DNA of 64,000 nucleotides from a virus (Duplodnaviria; Caudoviricetes): IMG/VR virus record IMGVR_UViG_3300046318_000439, positions 64,001 to 128,000 of that record; one strand, 5' to 3'. Shown piece by piece: positions 63,696 to 64,000 of this stretch (position 1 is its first letter; each line of letters starts with the position of its first letter). The notes under the pieces were generated by a model. It saw only the letters and a program-made list of their open reading frames with translations, ran no database searches and was not told where the DNA came from. The position numbers and the translations under genes were made by a program.

Positions 63696-64000
63696 TTAGA
63701 ACAATTTATCTAGTTTAATGTGAGCAATCACATAACCAATAACGCCTGCAGCTCCCATAATCATCCAACGCCATTTTTCAATGGTACTGATTTTGTCACG
63801 CATTGCTTCATGGTGCTGCAATTCAGCATCCATATGTTCCTTCAGCATAGACATCATCTGATCATGCTTTTTGTCTATTTCAGAACGCAAGTCGTCTCTC
63901 ATATCACTGATACGAGAATGGAGTGTTTGATATTGTCCTTCAACTTTTTGCTCAAGTTTGTCAATGTTATTAGCAATTGAACCTATCTGTGTTTCCAGAA
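63696..64000 (-). CDS. Coiled-coil protein with C-terminal TM segment (5' end outside window)
   Basis: Frame stays open from 63902 to the window end; EKWRWMIMGAAGVIG. Confidence 0.6.
   Translation of the reverse strand, partial: LETQIGSIANNIDKLEQKVEGQYQTLHSRISDMRDDLRSEIDKKHDQMMSMLKEHMDAELQHHEAMRDKISTIEKWRWMIMGAAGVIGYVIAHIKLDKLF

Noticed and set aside
1-64000. Stop-codon reassignment
   Set aside because: TAA, TAG and TGA all terminate conserved genes at expected lengths.

Overview
This window is 64 kb of a large T4-like myovirus genome. It holds the baseplate/tail module (gp7 partial, 6, 25, 5, 53, 48, 4, 2, 54, 26, 51, two tape-measure/gp29-like genes), replication and late-transcription genes (gp32, gp59, gp33, gp30 ligase, rnh, gp61 primase, thyX, nrdA, nrdB) and two tRNAs. 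It also has a long array of small early genes, each behind a TTGACC-N17-GAYAMT promoter, and host-derived genes (phoH, ahpC, ahpD, iscU, erpA, iscA). The Isc/Ahp genes and tmRNA tag suggest a proteobacterial host (inference). Highlights: (1) A circularly permuted two-piece tmRNA (tag AANDSRFALAA) is interrupted by an antisense GIY-YIG endonuclease gene. That gene supplies a recoded tag end, hairpin and pseudoknot, and the displaced original 3' end remains 600 bp away. (2) An HNH-AP2 cassette has the same architecture and apparently re-creates the promoter and 5' end of an unrecognised small structured RNA. (3) The gp51 ORF has no start codon and is joined to gp26 by a T7 slippery run, suggesting a G/GT-like -1 frameshift just upstream of the tape-measure-like genes. 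(4) Other features are variable-loop hairpins flanking tRNA-Glu, a 23-bp-repeat gene-cassette array, an ahpC-ahpD-Isc module with an OxyR-like box between nrdA and nrdB, an RTX/T1SS-adhesin-like ORF, and a 1.6-kb mosaic of foreign gene fragments. No database searches or folding programs were run. Family assignments come from motif recognition and coordinates were counted by hand.
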